Shown piece after piece: positions 40,141 through 51,500 of a DNA stretch of 64,000 nucleotides. The notes beneath the pieces are model-generated. The model had not been told where the DNA came from and made no database searches. It saw only the letters and a list, made by a program, of their open reading frames with translations. Numbering within the stretch: position 1 is the stretch's first letter; every line of letters begins with the position of its first letter. The DNA lies in contig NC_086108.1 in the NCBI RefSeq assembly GCF_963921235.1, forward strand, positions 113,524,001 to 113,588,000. The letters are read 5' to 3'. This stretch comes from Mobula hypostoma (taxonomy: Eukaryota). Made by a program: the position numbers and the translations under genes.

Positions 40141-40787
40141 TAAGCACGGCAACATCACAGCACAGGGTGTCCTGGAGTTCAGAGTTCATTCCAGTGCCAT
40201 TCTGCAAGGAGTCTCTGTATGCTCTCCTTGTGGGGTATGCATTCTTTGGGGCACTCCTCTGGTTTCATGGATGTTTGTGAAGAAAAAGAATTTCAGGATG
40301 TATACTGTATACATTTCTCTGACATTAAATGTACCTTTGAAACCTTTGAAACATGTTATGGTGGCACTGGAATTGTAGCAACATGGTCCAGCAACAATCC
40401 CCTTGGTTTGATTTGACGCTTACACCGCATTTCACTGTGTGTTTCAATGTACATGTGACTAATAAGGCTAATCTATATCTTTACATCAATGCATTGTGTA
40501 ATGATTTGATCATTATGAATGGCATGCAACAAAGATTTTCACTGTACCTTGGCACACGTGACAATAATGAACCAATTTACCAACTATTACACACTGCAAG
40601 GTTCTGTACTCCCTCCCCAAGACAAGCATTTCCCTTTTCAGCTTATCACAATAAATAAGATTAGCTATCTTTCTCAAACGTACATGCCTAATTGATCTAT
40701 ACCTCTTATAAGGGCTTTTATAAGGATTAGTTACCTCATTATTTCTCAATTTTTATTTTCGCACTACTTATTTAATTTGACTATTTT

Positions 40788-40822
40788 ATATATATCTATA
40801 TCTATCTATCTATATCTATCTA

Positions 40823-40855
<33 letters not shown>
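40788..40855. repeat. (TATC)n/(TA)n microsatellite
   Basis: Read directly from the sequence. Confidence 0.95.
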
Positions 40856-40946
40856 TTACTGTAATTCAGTCTGTCTGTTTTTTTATTCTGTTATTATGTA
40901 TTGCATTGTACTGCTGCCACAAAGACAACACATTTCATGATGTATG

Positions 40947-41151
40947 TAAGCAACACACATCAAAGTTGCTGGTGAACGCAGCAGGCCAGGGCAGCATCTC
41001 CAGGAAGAGGCACAGTCGATGTTTCGGGCCGAGACCCTTCGTCAGGACCGAAACGTCGACTGTACCTCTGTCTAGAGATGCTGCCTGGCCTGCTGCGTTC
41101 ACCAGCAACTTTGATGTGTGTTGCTTGAATTTCCAGCACCTGCAGATTTCC
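40947..41151. mobile_element. Penelope-derived fold-back insertion whose arms join inside the hammerhead region
   Basis: 12-bp TSD TCATGATGTATG at 40935-40946 and 41152-41163. Confidence 0.85.
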
Positions 41152-41604
41152 TCATGATGTATGCAGGTGACTCTGATCCTGATTTGTCACATGTACATTG
41201 AAACATCAAAACATACCGTGAAATGTATCATTTGCATCAAAGACCCACAAGGTCTGGGGGCAGCCTGTCAGTGTCACCGTGCTCTTGGCACCAACATAGC
41301 ATGCCCACAGAGGCAGGGGCTGATGCCAAAGCTCCAGGCACCGACACGGTTAGATTAAAAGACAGGTGAGATTTGTATTCCCGAGTTGAGAAGATTAAGG
41401 GTTGAACTAATAGAGGGTGTTTAAGATGATCAAAAGGGTTGATGTGTAGGGGATATATTAGAGGGGAACATGACACTGGAATGAGAGCAGGTCAGAGGAG
41501 TGAAGTCAAAAGGAGCTGAGGCATTTGGGATCTTCAACTCTCTCCTCCAAAGAAAAGTTGCACAGGACGAGGTGCAATGAAATGTTCAATGCTGGAAACC
41601 GTTA

Positions 41605-42315
41605 AACACAAGAGCTTCTGCAGATGTAAACACGAGAAATTCTGCAGACGTCGGAAATCCAGAGCAACACAAACAAAATGCTAGCAGCTAAGAGAACTCA
41701 GCAGGCCAGGTAGTATCTTTAGGGAGGGATAAACAGTTGACGTTTCAGGCCGAGACCCTTCATCAGGACTGGAAAGGAAGGGGACAGAGGCCAGAATAAG
41801 AAGGTGGGGATGGGTACGGAGAAGAAGTACAAGTCGGCAGGTGATGGATGAGACCAGGTGAAGGGGAGGTGGGTGGGCAGGGCACGGTGCGTGAAGTAAG
41901 AATCTGGGATGGGATAGGTAAGAGTCTGGGAAGGAGAGGTGAAACACTGAAGAAGGAACATGATAGGAGAGGAGAGTGGGCCATGGGAGAAAGGGGAGGA
42001 GGAGGGGCTCCAAAGCGAGGTGATGAGCAGGTAAGGGGTGAGAGGGTATGAGGAATGGGGAATGGAAAAGGAGAGAACGAGTACCAGAAGAGAAATTGAT
42101 CTCCATGCCATCAGTTTGGAGGCTACTCAGACAGAATATCAAGTACTCCTCCTCCAACTGAGTGCGGCCTCATTGTGGCAGTAAAGGAGGCCATATGTCG
42201 GTGTGGGAATGGGAAGTAGAATCAAAGTGGGTAGTCACGGGACAAACTTGCTTTTTCTGGTGGATGGAGTGAAGGTGCTCGCTGAAGCAGACCTCTAATC
42301 TATGCTGGGTCTGAC
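41605..42315 (-). mobile_element. Penelope 3' end and pseudo-LTR with a hammerhead motif at 41736-41769
   Basis: EEEYLIFCLSSLQTDGMEINFS, then the pLTR. Confidence 0.8.
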
Positions 42316-42676
42316 TGACAGATTTTTGTTGGGTTTTAAATGACACAGAGCCTGAGATTCAGATCCTATGAAAGGGGAAGGGGTGAATGGCCTGATCTCA
42401 CACTAACTCCCAATGCTGTCATTAAACTGGAAAGAGTGCAGAGAAGAGATACTGGGCTATTGCCTGAATGATAAGCAGAAATTGAGTCAGCTTGGACTTT
42501 ATTGCTTGGAACAGAGACACACTCAACAATTCAGGAACAGCTTCTTCGCATCCGCCATTAGATTCCTGAATGGACAATGAACCCATGTGTACTAGCTCAC
42601 TATTTTTGTTCTCTTTTTGCACTGCTTATTTAATTTAATGTATATTTTTTCTTTTTTTCTCACCCCTTATGGGTGG

Positions 42677-42996
42677 TATGGTGTGGGCACGTGGCCAGGT
42701 GGTTAAGGCATTGGACTAGCTACCTGAAGGTCATGAGTTCGAGCCCCATCCGAGGGAACGTGTTGTGTCCTTGAGCAAGGCACTTAATCACACATTGCTC
42801 TGCGACGACACTGGTGCCAAGCTGTATGGGTCCTAATGCCCTTCCCTTGGACAACATCAGTGTCATGGAGAGGGGAGACTTGCAGCATAGGCAACTGCTG
42901 GCCTTCCATACAACCTTGCCCAGGCCTGCACCCTGGAGAGTGAAGACTTTCCAGGCGCAGATCTATGGTCTCGCAAGACTAACGGATGCCTTTACT
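42677..42996 (+). mobile_element. tRNA-derived SINE with a CORE-like domain
   Basis: A box TGGCCAGGTGG, B box GAGTTCGAGCC, GTGTCCTTGAGCAAGGCACTTAA; TSD TTATGGGTGG at 42667-42676 and 42997-43006. Confidence 0.85.
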
Positions 42997-43380
42997 TTAT
43001 GGGTGGCGTGTATGTGTATTTTTCCTTCAGTCTTGTGTCCTTTACCAGAGGCCTGGGAGCTTCAGGGTTCGATGCAGTTTCCTTGCTGTTCCTAGTAATG
43101 CACTCTTCTGGGCTAAGATCTCCGATGTTATTCCTGGGATTTGCTGCAGGTGCTCTCCCAGTCCGGATGTCACAGCTCCAAATGCTCCTATCACCACCAG
43201 GATTACTCTGGCTTTAACCTTATACATCCTTTCCATCTGCTCTTCCAAGCCCTGGTATTTCTCCAGCCTCTCAGGCTCTTTCTTACTGTCATTTGGGATT
43301 GCCGTGTCTCGCACTATTGCCTTCTTCTGCTCCTCGTTCAGCAGTACCGTGTCTGGTTGGTTGGCCAGTACCTGCTTATC

Positions 43381-43525
43381 CGAAGAAAAAGAAAGTCTGC
43401 AGATGCTGGAAATCGGAGCAACACACACAGAATGCTGGAGAAACTTAGCAGGCCAGGCAGCATCTATGGAAAAGCTTATAGTTGACTGCCTGGCCTGCTG
43501 AGTTCCTCCAGCACTTTGTGTGTGT
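43381..43525. mobile_element. Short Penelope fold-back insertion lacking the hammerhead
   Basis: 12-bp TSD TACCTGCTTATC at 43369-43380 and 43526-43537; short inverted arms. Confidence 0.8.
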
Positions 43526-44052
43526 TACCTGCTTATCAGTCTGTATTTGGAAGCTCCACAGGATCTTAGTTCCATCATTGTCCACTACCTTCTTGGGTGT
43601 TTCCCATTCGGACTTGGGAGAGTCCAGTCCATACAGCTCAGATGTTCCTGTACACAATTCCTGTGACTTGGTTCTGCCATTCAGAGTATGCTGTCCCTGC
43701 CTGCATTCTGCACCCTGCTACTGTGTGCTGGATGGTTTCAGTGGATTCCTTGCACAGTCTGCACCTCGGGTCTTGTCTGGTGTGATAGATCCTGATCCTA
43801 CTGCTCTTGTGCAGCCATGAGCAGTGCCTCTGTGCTGTCCCTCTGCCCTGTCATTTCCAGCCATTGGTAGAACTTTCTAATCTCAGCCACCTCTGATACT
43901 TGGCGATGGGACATCCCATGCAGTGGCTTCTCCTGCCATGGCCTCTGGGCCTCTGGCTCTGCTTCACCCACTTCCATTTCCATGTCCCCTGCCTGCTGTC
44001 TGAGGTATTCTCCTAGCAGGCCACCCTTAAGGGCCATCTTCCTGACATACTC

Positions 44053-45735
44053 ATGGAAGTTTCACAACCAAAGGAACCAAAGGAAATGGGGGAGATCTTA
44101 AATAGGTTTTTTGCATCTGTATTTACTAAGGAAACTGGCATGAAGTCTATGGAATTGAGGGAAACAAGTAGTGAGATCATGGAAACTGTACAGATCGAAA
44201 AGGAGGAGGTCCTTGCTGTCTTGAGGAAAATTAAAGTGGATAAATCCCCGGGACCTGACAGGGTGTTCCCTCGGACCTTGAAGGAGACTGGTATTGAAAT
44301 TGCAGGAGCCCTGGCAGAAATATTTAAAATGTCGCTGTCTACAGGTGAGGTGCCGGAGGATTGGAGAGTGGCTCATGTTGTTCCGTTGTTTAAAAAAGGA
44401 TCAAAAAGTAATCCGGGAAATTATAGGCTGGTAAGTTTAACGTCGGTAGTAGGTAAGTTATTGGAGGGAGTACTAAGAGACAGAATCTACAAGCATTTGG
44501 ATAGACAGGGACTAATTAGGGAGAGTCAACATGGCTTTGTGCGTGGCAGGTTATGTTTGACCAATCTATTGGAGTTTTTCGAGGAGGTTACCAGGAAAGT
44601 GGATGAAGGGAAGGCAGTGGATATTGTCTACATGGACTTCAGTAAGGCCTTTGACAAGGTCCCGCATGGGAGGTTACTTAGGAAAATTCGGTCGCTAGGT
44701 ATACATGGAGAGGTGGTAAATTGGATCAGACATTGGCTCAATGGAAGAAGCCAAAGAGTGGTAGTAGAGATTTGCTTCTCCAAGTGGAGGCCTGTGACTA
44801 GTGGTGTGCCACAGGGATCAGTGCTGGGTCCATTGTTATTTGTCATCTATATCAATGATCTGGATGATAATGTGGTAAATTGGATCAGCAAATTTGCTGA
44901 TGATACAAAGATTGGAGGTGTAGTAGACAGCGAGGAAGGTTTTCAGAGCCTGCAGAGGGACTTGGACCAGCTGGAAAAATGGGCTGAAAAATGGCAGATG
45001 GAATTTAATGCAGACAAGTGTGGGGTATTGCATGTTGGAAGGACAAACCAAGGTAGAACATACAGGGTTAATGGTAAGGCACAGAGGAGTGCAGTAGAAC
45101 AGAGGGATCTGGGAACACAGATACAAAATTCCCTAAAAGTGGTGTCACAGGTAGATAGGGTTGTAAAGAGAGCTTTTGGTACATTGGCCTTTATTAATCG
45201 AAGTATTGAGTATAAGAGCTGGAATGTTATGATGAGGTTGTATAAGGCATTGGTGAGGCCGAATCTGGAGTATTATGTTCAGTTTTGGTCAACAAATTAC
45301 AGGAAGGATATAAGTAAGCTTGAAAGAGTGCAGAGAAGGTTTACAAGGTTGTTGCCGGGACTTGAGAAACTCAGTTACAGAGAAAGGTTGAATAGGTTAG
45401 GACTTTATTCCCTGGAGCGTAGAAGAATGAGGGGAGATTTGATAGAGGTATATAAAATTATGATGGGTATAGATAGAGTGAATGCAAGCAGGCTTTTTCC
45501 ACTGAGGCAAGGGGAGAAAAAAACCAGAGGACATGGGTTAAGGGTGAGGGGGGAAAAGTTTAAAGGGAGCATTAGGGAGGGCTTCTTCACACAGAGAGTG
45601 GTGGGAGTATGGAATGAGCTGCCAGACGAGGTGGTAAAAGTGGGTTCTTTTTTAACATTTAAGAATAAATTGGACAGATACATGGATGGGAGGTGTATGG
45701 AGGGATATGGTCCGTGTGCGGGTCAGTGGGACTAG
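44053..45735 (+). CDS. Uninterrupted 560-aa ORF: RT domain and C-terminus of a 5'-truncated CR1 LINE (element ~44066-45813)
   Basis: [39 protein letters not shown] through to the native stop. No endonuclease domain; the ATG lies at the junction with flanking R4 sequence; (TTCTATGG) tail. Confidence 0.9.
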   Translation: MEVSQPKEPKEMGEILNRFFASVFTKETGMKSMELRETSSEIMETVQIEKEEVLAVLRKIKVDKSPGPDRVFPRTLKETGIEIAGALAEIFKMSLSTGEVPEDWRVAHVVPLFKKGSKSNPGNYRLVSLTSVVGKLLEGVLRDRIYKHLDRQGLIRESQHGFVRGRLCLTNLLEFFEEVTRKVDEGKAVDIVYMDFSKAFDKVPHGRLLRKIRSLGIHGEVVNWIRHWLNGRSQRVVVEICFSKWRPVTSGVPQGSVLGPLLFVIYINDLDDNVVNWISKFADDTKIGGVVDSEEGFQSLQRDLDQLEKWAEKWQMEFNADKCGVLHVGRTNQGRTYRVNGKAQRSAVEQRDLGTQIQNSLKVVSQVDRVVKRAFGTLAFINRSIEYKSWNVMMRLYKALVRPNLEYYVQFWSTNYRKDISKLERVQRRFTRLLPGLEKLSYRERLNRLGLYSLERRRMRGDLIEVYKIMMGIDRVNASRLFPLRQGEKKTRGHGLRVRGEKFKGSIREGFFTQRVVGVWNELPDEVVKVGSFLTFKNKLDRYMDGRCMEGYGPCAGQWD

Positions 45736-47500
45736 GCAGAAAATGGTTCGGCACAGCCAAGAAGGGCCAAAAGGCTTGTTTCTGTGCTGTAGTTTCTATG
45801 GTTCTATGGTTCTATTTCCTCCAGGACTGTTACCTTGATACTTCCAAGTCACCATCCTCCTTTATTCCGGTGGGTGTACAGTCACTCGATGTTGGTCGTT
45901 GGATGGAATCTTCTATGTATTGTTAGTAGTTTCTGGGTCTTGATGTTCGTTCCAGTTTGTTCCTAGGCCAGCGCGCTTTTGTGGCTGGGTATCTGATGAC
46001 GGGTAGAGCGAATGTGCTGATAGTTCTGATTTTGTTCTTCCCATTCAGCTGCTCTTTAGGACCTGTCTCACTTTTTGGAGGTAGTTGGATGTTGCAGCCT
46101 TCCTTGTGTCCTCATTGTGCCTTCCATTCGCCTGCTGGCTCCCCAGGTATTTGTAGCTGTCCTGAACATCTGATACGTGGCCTTCAGGTAGCTTGACTCC
46201 TTCAGTCTGGATGAGTTTGCCTCTTTTCACTACCATCCGGCTGCACGTTTCCAGTCCAAACGACATCCCAATGTCTCTGCTCTGGTGGATTAGTGAGTCA
46301 ATGTCTCTTTCATTTCTGGCATACAGGAGGTGGCTGTTGGTCATTCCACTCTTGAACCTGTAGAAGGTTCGAGCCTGTGCAAAGCAGCTGTGGGGATAGT
46401 GCATCACCCTGGTATATTCCACCTCTGATGGTCACTTGTGCTATTGGCTTTGAGTTAATTTCTAGCATTGTCCTCCAATGGCCCATTGAGTTCTTGTTGA
46501 AGGTCTTTAGTGTCATGTTGACCTTGTACAGAGACAGGCATTCCAGAGTCCATGTGCGGGGCATTGAGTCGTATGCTTTCTGGTAGTTGATCCAGGCTGT
46601 GCTTAGGGTGGTTTGCCTGGTCTAGGAACCTCACATCAATACTTTGTTTACCAGTAGTTGGTGCTTGGAGCCTCTGGTTCCATTATCACTCCCCCTCTGA
46701 GTGTGGTTCAGGAATTAACACACGTTCCTTCAGCTTGGCGGCTATGATGCCTGATAGGAGCTTCCATGTTGTTGACAGGCAGGGTATAGGCCGGTAGTCT
46801 GATGGTGTTGCTCTTCTGTGAGGCTCCTTCAGGTTGAGCGCTGTCCCTCCTTGACTTAGCCAGTCAGGGTGGGAGCCGGCTTCAAGCAGCTGGTTCATTT
46901 GAGCTGCCAGCCGTGTATATAATGCTGTTCGTTTCTTCAGCCGGTAGGCGTGGATCACATCAGGCCCTGATGTCCGGTTCTTCAGACTTGCCACCCTTTG
47001 CTGGACATCCACTGCTGTGATGGTGACTGGTGCTTCCTCTGGGAGGTTGCAGAGGCCTGCTTGTGGGTCTTTCAGCCACTGGGCACTGGTGTTACGTGAT
47101 GCTTCTTTCTCCCACAGACTCTTCCCGTGCTCCTCAGTTGCTGTTTTGGTTGGTTCAGGTACTGGCATGCTGTTGCTCAGGAACTGTGCAAATACTTTTC
47201 CTGCTTCTTTGGAGAATAGTGCATTTACTTGTTTGACCTTTGCGTCCTTAGTGTACCTCTGTAGTCTGGTAGCCAGAGCTGTTAACCATTACTTGGCAGT
47301 TTCCAGTGCTTCGGTTAAGGACATAACTAATGCCGTAGCCGAGGTGATTCTTTGGTCTTCCCACCTACCTGCAGCTCCCTAATGTGTGAGTATCGATGTA
47401 TTTCAACCTACTGCTGCCACAGAACAACTCATTTCACGACCTACAGTCAGTGGCCATTTTAATAGGTACACCTGTACATTAATGCAAATATCTAATTAGC

Positions 47501-47808
47501 AATGTGTTGGCACGTGCAAGTGGTTAAGGCGTTCGTCTAGTGATCTGAAGGTCGCTAGTTCGAGCCTTGGCTGAGGCAGCGTGTTGTGTCCTTGAGCAAG
47601 GCACTTAACCACACATTGCTCTGCGATGACACCGATGCCAAGCTGAATGGGTCCTAATGCCCTTCCCTTGGACAACATCAGTGGCGTGGAGAGGGGAGAC
47701 TTGCAGCATGGGCAACTGCCAGTTCTTCCATACAACCTTGCCCAGGCCTGCGCCCTGGAAACCTTCCAAGGCGCAAATCCATGGTCTCATGAGACTAACG
47801 GATGCCTA
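47501..47808 (+). mobile_element. Second copy of the CORE-like tRNA SINE
   Basis: Highly similar to 42677-42996; TSD TAATTAGC at 47493-47500 and 47809-47816. Confidence 0.85.
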
Positions 47809-47904
47809 TAATTAGCCAATCCTGTGGCAGCAACTTTGATGCATAAAAGCATGCAGACATGGACAAGAGATTCAGTTGTTATTCAGAGAAACACTAGAAT
47901 GAGG

Positions 47905-48783
47905 TGTCATGTGATCGGCAACAATGAATGTATCGAGTCAGGATATATTCATTTCAGGATATATATTCATATTCAGGATATATAAACATTTATTAAACCC
48001 TGATAAACAATGAAAAAAAAACAAAAACCTTAACCGGAAGTAAACGGCTATGTGGCCATTCATTAAACCGCTACTCAGTACTAGTCCTTAAAGTGATAAA
48101 TGCGAAACCAGTTCTTAAAGCAAGAAGTTCGAACACAGTTCTTCAAATGGTGAATTTTAAAGTCCAAGAGATTTATATAGTCAATTAGGAGAGACTTTCA
48201 TGAAGTAACGAATTCCTCGAAGACACAACGTCACTGCCACTCCCAGTCAGATCCTGCCTTGTCCACAGGATTCACGACGATGGAAATAAAACAGTTTTAA
48301 AGGCACTGACCTTCCTCGGTAGAACAGATCCTGCAAAGCCTTTCTGCCACTTTTAGCAGAGGCTATCTCATGCAGATCACTTTCTTGAACGAATTGAATA
48401 ATGGTCAATCCTTTCCAAACCCATCGAACGTCTCCTTCCGGGTCCCGTCTTCACTCTCCAATGTTACTGAAAAGATACATTAACAAACCTGGCAGTGATT
48501 GGTCAAACTGCCAGCCCAGACTTCTGTACCTTACGTTAGAACATAAAACTCCATTTAAAATCAAAACTGCGTCATAATGCAAATAAGCAGCGGAGCAGAG
48601 TATCTCATTGACGTTCTAACTGGAAAAATAACTGCGTCACCAGGGGTCTTCCCTTTTATACCCGAGGTGAACATTGTCATCACGTGACCTCACATCGGCG
48701 GGAAAATTACATCAGGTGACCTCCAAAAGACTATTACGTCATTCTCACAAGAAAGTCACAGGATCTCCTTGAGGTATGTAACA
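47905..48783 (-). mobile_element. Solo LTR (879 bp)
   Basis: TG...CA termini; 4-bp TSD GAGG at 47901-47904 and 48784-48787; minus-strand TATAAAA near 48655 and AATAAA near 47990. Confidence 0.8.
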
Positions 48784-50769
48784 GAGGAAATAATGTGATC
48801 CAAGTGACATTGACCGTGGAATGAATGCTGGTGCCAAACAGGTTGTGACCATCTCAGAAACTGTTGAACCTCCTGGGATTTTCACACAAAATGGTCTCTG
48901 GAGTTTACAGAGAATGGTGCAAAAAAAACAAAAGGAAAGATCCAGTGAGCAGCGGTTCTGTGGGTGCAAACACCTTATTTATTAACGAGAGGGGTCAGAG
49001 GAGAATGGCCAGACTGGTTTGAGCTGACAGGAAGGCGACAGTAATGCGAATAACCACACGTTACAACAGTGGTGTGCAGAAGAACATTTCTGAACACACA
49101 ACATGTTGAACCTTGAAGTGGACAGGCTGCAGCAGCGGAAGACCATGAACGTACGCTCAGTGGCCACTGTATAGGTACAGACAGATGGGCTCGGCTCGCT
49201 GACCAGCAAAGCCATCATGGACAAGGGGGCCTAAGGACCTGTTTCCCAACTGTATCACTCTATGGTTCTGTGACAGACTTAATGAATACCAACTCGAGAT
49301 CCTCTGCAGCCAATGAATACTAACTAGAAGGCATAGGGTTAAGGTGAGAGGAGAGAGATCTAATATGAACCTGAGGGGCAACTTCACACTTCACAAGGGG
49401 ATCGTACATGAATGGAACAAGGGCCACACGGCAGCACATGCTCAGCAAAATGCTTTACAGATCCAGATTCAACCCCCGCCACTGTCTGTAAGGAGTTTGC
49501 ATGTTCTCCCTGTGACCAAGTGGGTTTCCTCCGGGTGCCCAAGTTTCCTTCCACAGTCCAAAGCCCTACGGGTTAGCTTTCGTAAGCTGTGGGCACGCTA
49601 TGTTGGTGCTGGAAGTGTGGTGACACTTGCAGACTGCCCACAGGACATCTTGGACAGTGGTAGCTGATGCAAAACGACACATTTCACTGTAGGTTTTGAT
49701 GTACATGTGACAAATAAAGCTAATCTTTATAAAAATCTGAATAAGAGGCATAGATCAAGTGGATAGCCAGAGACATTTTCTCAGGGCACAATGGCTAACA
49801 TAAGGAGGCCTAATTTTAAGGTGATTGGAGGAAAGTGTAGGGGGGATATTTTGTTTACACAGAGAGTGGTGGGTGTGTGGAATGCCCTGCCGGGGAATTG
49901 GGTAGAGACAGATACTTTAAGGACATTTAAGAAACTCTTAGAAAGGCACATTGATGACACAAAAACAGAGGACTACATGTGAGTTGACAGTTAGACTGAT
50001 ATTAGAGTGGGTTAATGCATTGGCGGTTGAAGGGCCTGTACTGTTCCGTGGTCTATGTTCTATGTTGTGTTAGTGAAGCCCAATCAAACCCTCACAGATA
50101 GTTGTTGTGCTTCCTCCAACTAAAAGCCTTCAGGGATATCTACCTCATCATTATAACTCCATAATGCTAACAGATCATGTTTCAAAGGCCATTTGCCCGT
50201 AATCAGTGGAACATCGAGCATTCTGAAATTCCAAAATGCTAACACATCTGTACAGACTAACATTTCAAATAATCTTCCTCTGAGCACTTCCAAAACAATG
50301 CTTGTAAAGATATTGTGCGGCTAACTTTTAATAGAACTCTGCTGGTTGGGATGGCAGATTGAGGTGATTACAGCTTGGTTGTGCCCCATCGAATCCAGGT
50401 CCACACGTGCTACTCTGATTCACTGACTGTCTCTGGCTGCAAGATGTCTGTCTGTAATCTGATCTTCACCTTCAAACCCACTGCTTTATAATTGTTATCA
50501 TCCCTGTACGAATGGAATGCAAACTTGATCCTTGTCAGTGATATCATCCATCCCTGCTTTTCAACATAGTTATTCGTGGGGCACGAGGAAGGCAAAGGGA
50601 AACAGAGAGGAAACTTTTCCTTAGAGAAGAATGGGAGAGCTCATATTGTTTTATACATGTTAAAGGTTATCAACTCTGGGAGAGTGCAATTCAGACATTT
50701 TGAGTTACAAGGAACACATCAGAGCCCAGGCCAAAACCTCACAAGCACTGAAGGAAGTAGTTCTGACAG

Positions 50770-51500
50770 AGGGTCACACTGTGGGAGGGGTGGTACTGAG
50801 GGAGGGTCACACTGTGGGAGGGTGGTACTGAGGGAGGGTCACACTGTGGGAAGGGTGGTACAGAGGGAGGGTCACACTGTGGGAGGGGTGGTACTGAGGG
50901 AGGGTCACACTGTGGGAGGGGTGGTATTGAGGGAGAGTCACACTGTGGGAGGGGTGGTACTGAGGGAGGGTCACACTGTGGGAGGGGTGGTACTGAGGGA
51001 GGGTCACACTGGGAGGGGCGGTACTGAGGGAGGGGTCACACTGTGGGAGGGGTGGTACTGAGGGAGGGTCACACTGTGGGAGGGGTGGTACTGAGGGAGG
51101 GTCACACTGGGAGGGGCGGTACTGAGGGAGGGTCACACTGTGGGAGGGGTGGTACTGAGGGAGGGTCACACTGTGGGAGCGGTGGTACTGATGGAGAGTC
51201 ATAATGTGGGAGGAGTGGTACTGAGGGAGGGTCACACTGGGGGAGGGATGGTACTGAGGGAGAGTCACACTGTGGGAGGGGTGGTACTGAGGGAGGGTCA
51301 CACTGTGAGAGGTGTTTTCTGAGGGAGGGTCACACTGTGAGAGGTGTTTTCTGAGGGAGGGTCACACTGTGAGGGGTGTTTTCTGAGGGAGGGTCACACT
51401 GTGAGAGGTGTTTTCTGAGGGAGGGTCACACTGTGAGGGGTGTTTTCTGAGGGAGGGTCACACTGTGAGGGGTGTTTTCTGAGGGAGTGCTGCACTGTCA
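50770..51500 (+). repeat. 33/32-bp G-rich minisatellite, roughly 22 units
   Basis: Unit GGGTCACACTGTGGGAGGGGTGGTACTGAGGGA, changing to GGGTCACACTGTGAGAGGTGTTTTCTGAGGGA after ~51295. Confidence 0.95.

Larger units (their letters stand above)
42645..47385 (-). mobile_element. R4/Dong-clade non-LTR retrotransposon (restriction-like endonuclease), fragmented by three later insertions
   Basis: GPDVIHAYRLK, DYRPIPCLSTTWKLLSGII, GIYQGDALSP, YKYLG, WQEKPLHG, NQPDTVLL...DTAIPNDS...LEKYQGL...VVIGAFG. Confidence 0.85.
47447..49178 (+). mobile_element. Non-autonomous Tc1-like repeat (CAGTGGCCA...TAGGTACA) hosting a SINE and a solo LTR
   Basis: Body matches 18737-19010; the CAGTGGCCA(C/T)T..ATAGGTACA motif occurs at both ends in direct orientation. 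Confidence 0.55.

Noticed and set aside
42685..42755. tRNA-like sequences here and at ~47510 and ~58910-58979
   Set aside because: These are SINE heads with bodies, tails and TSDs, not tRNA genes.
50576..51322. ORFs with an 11-aa repeat (HTVGGVVLREG)
   Set aside because: Product of the 33-bp minisatellite; variant units break the frame.
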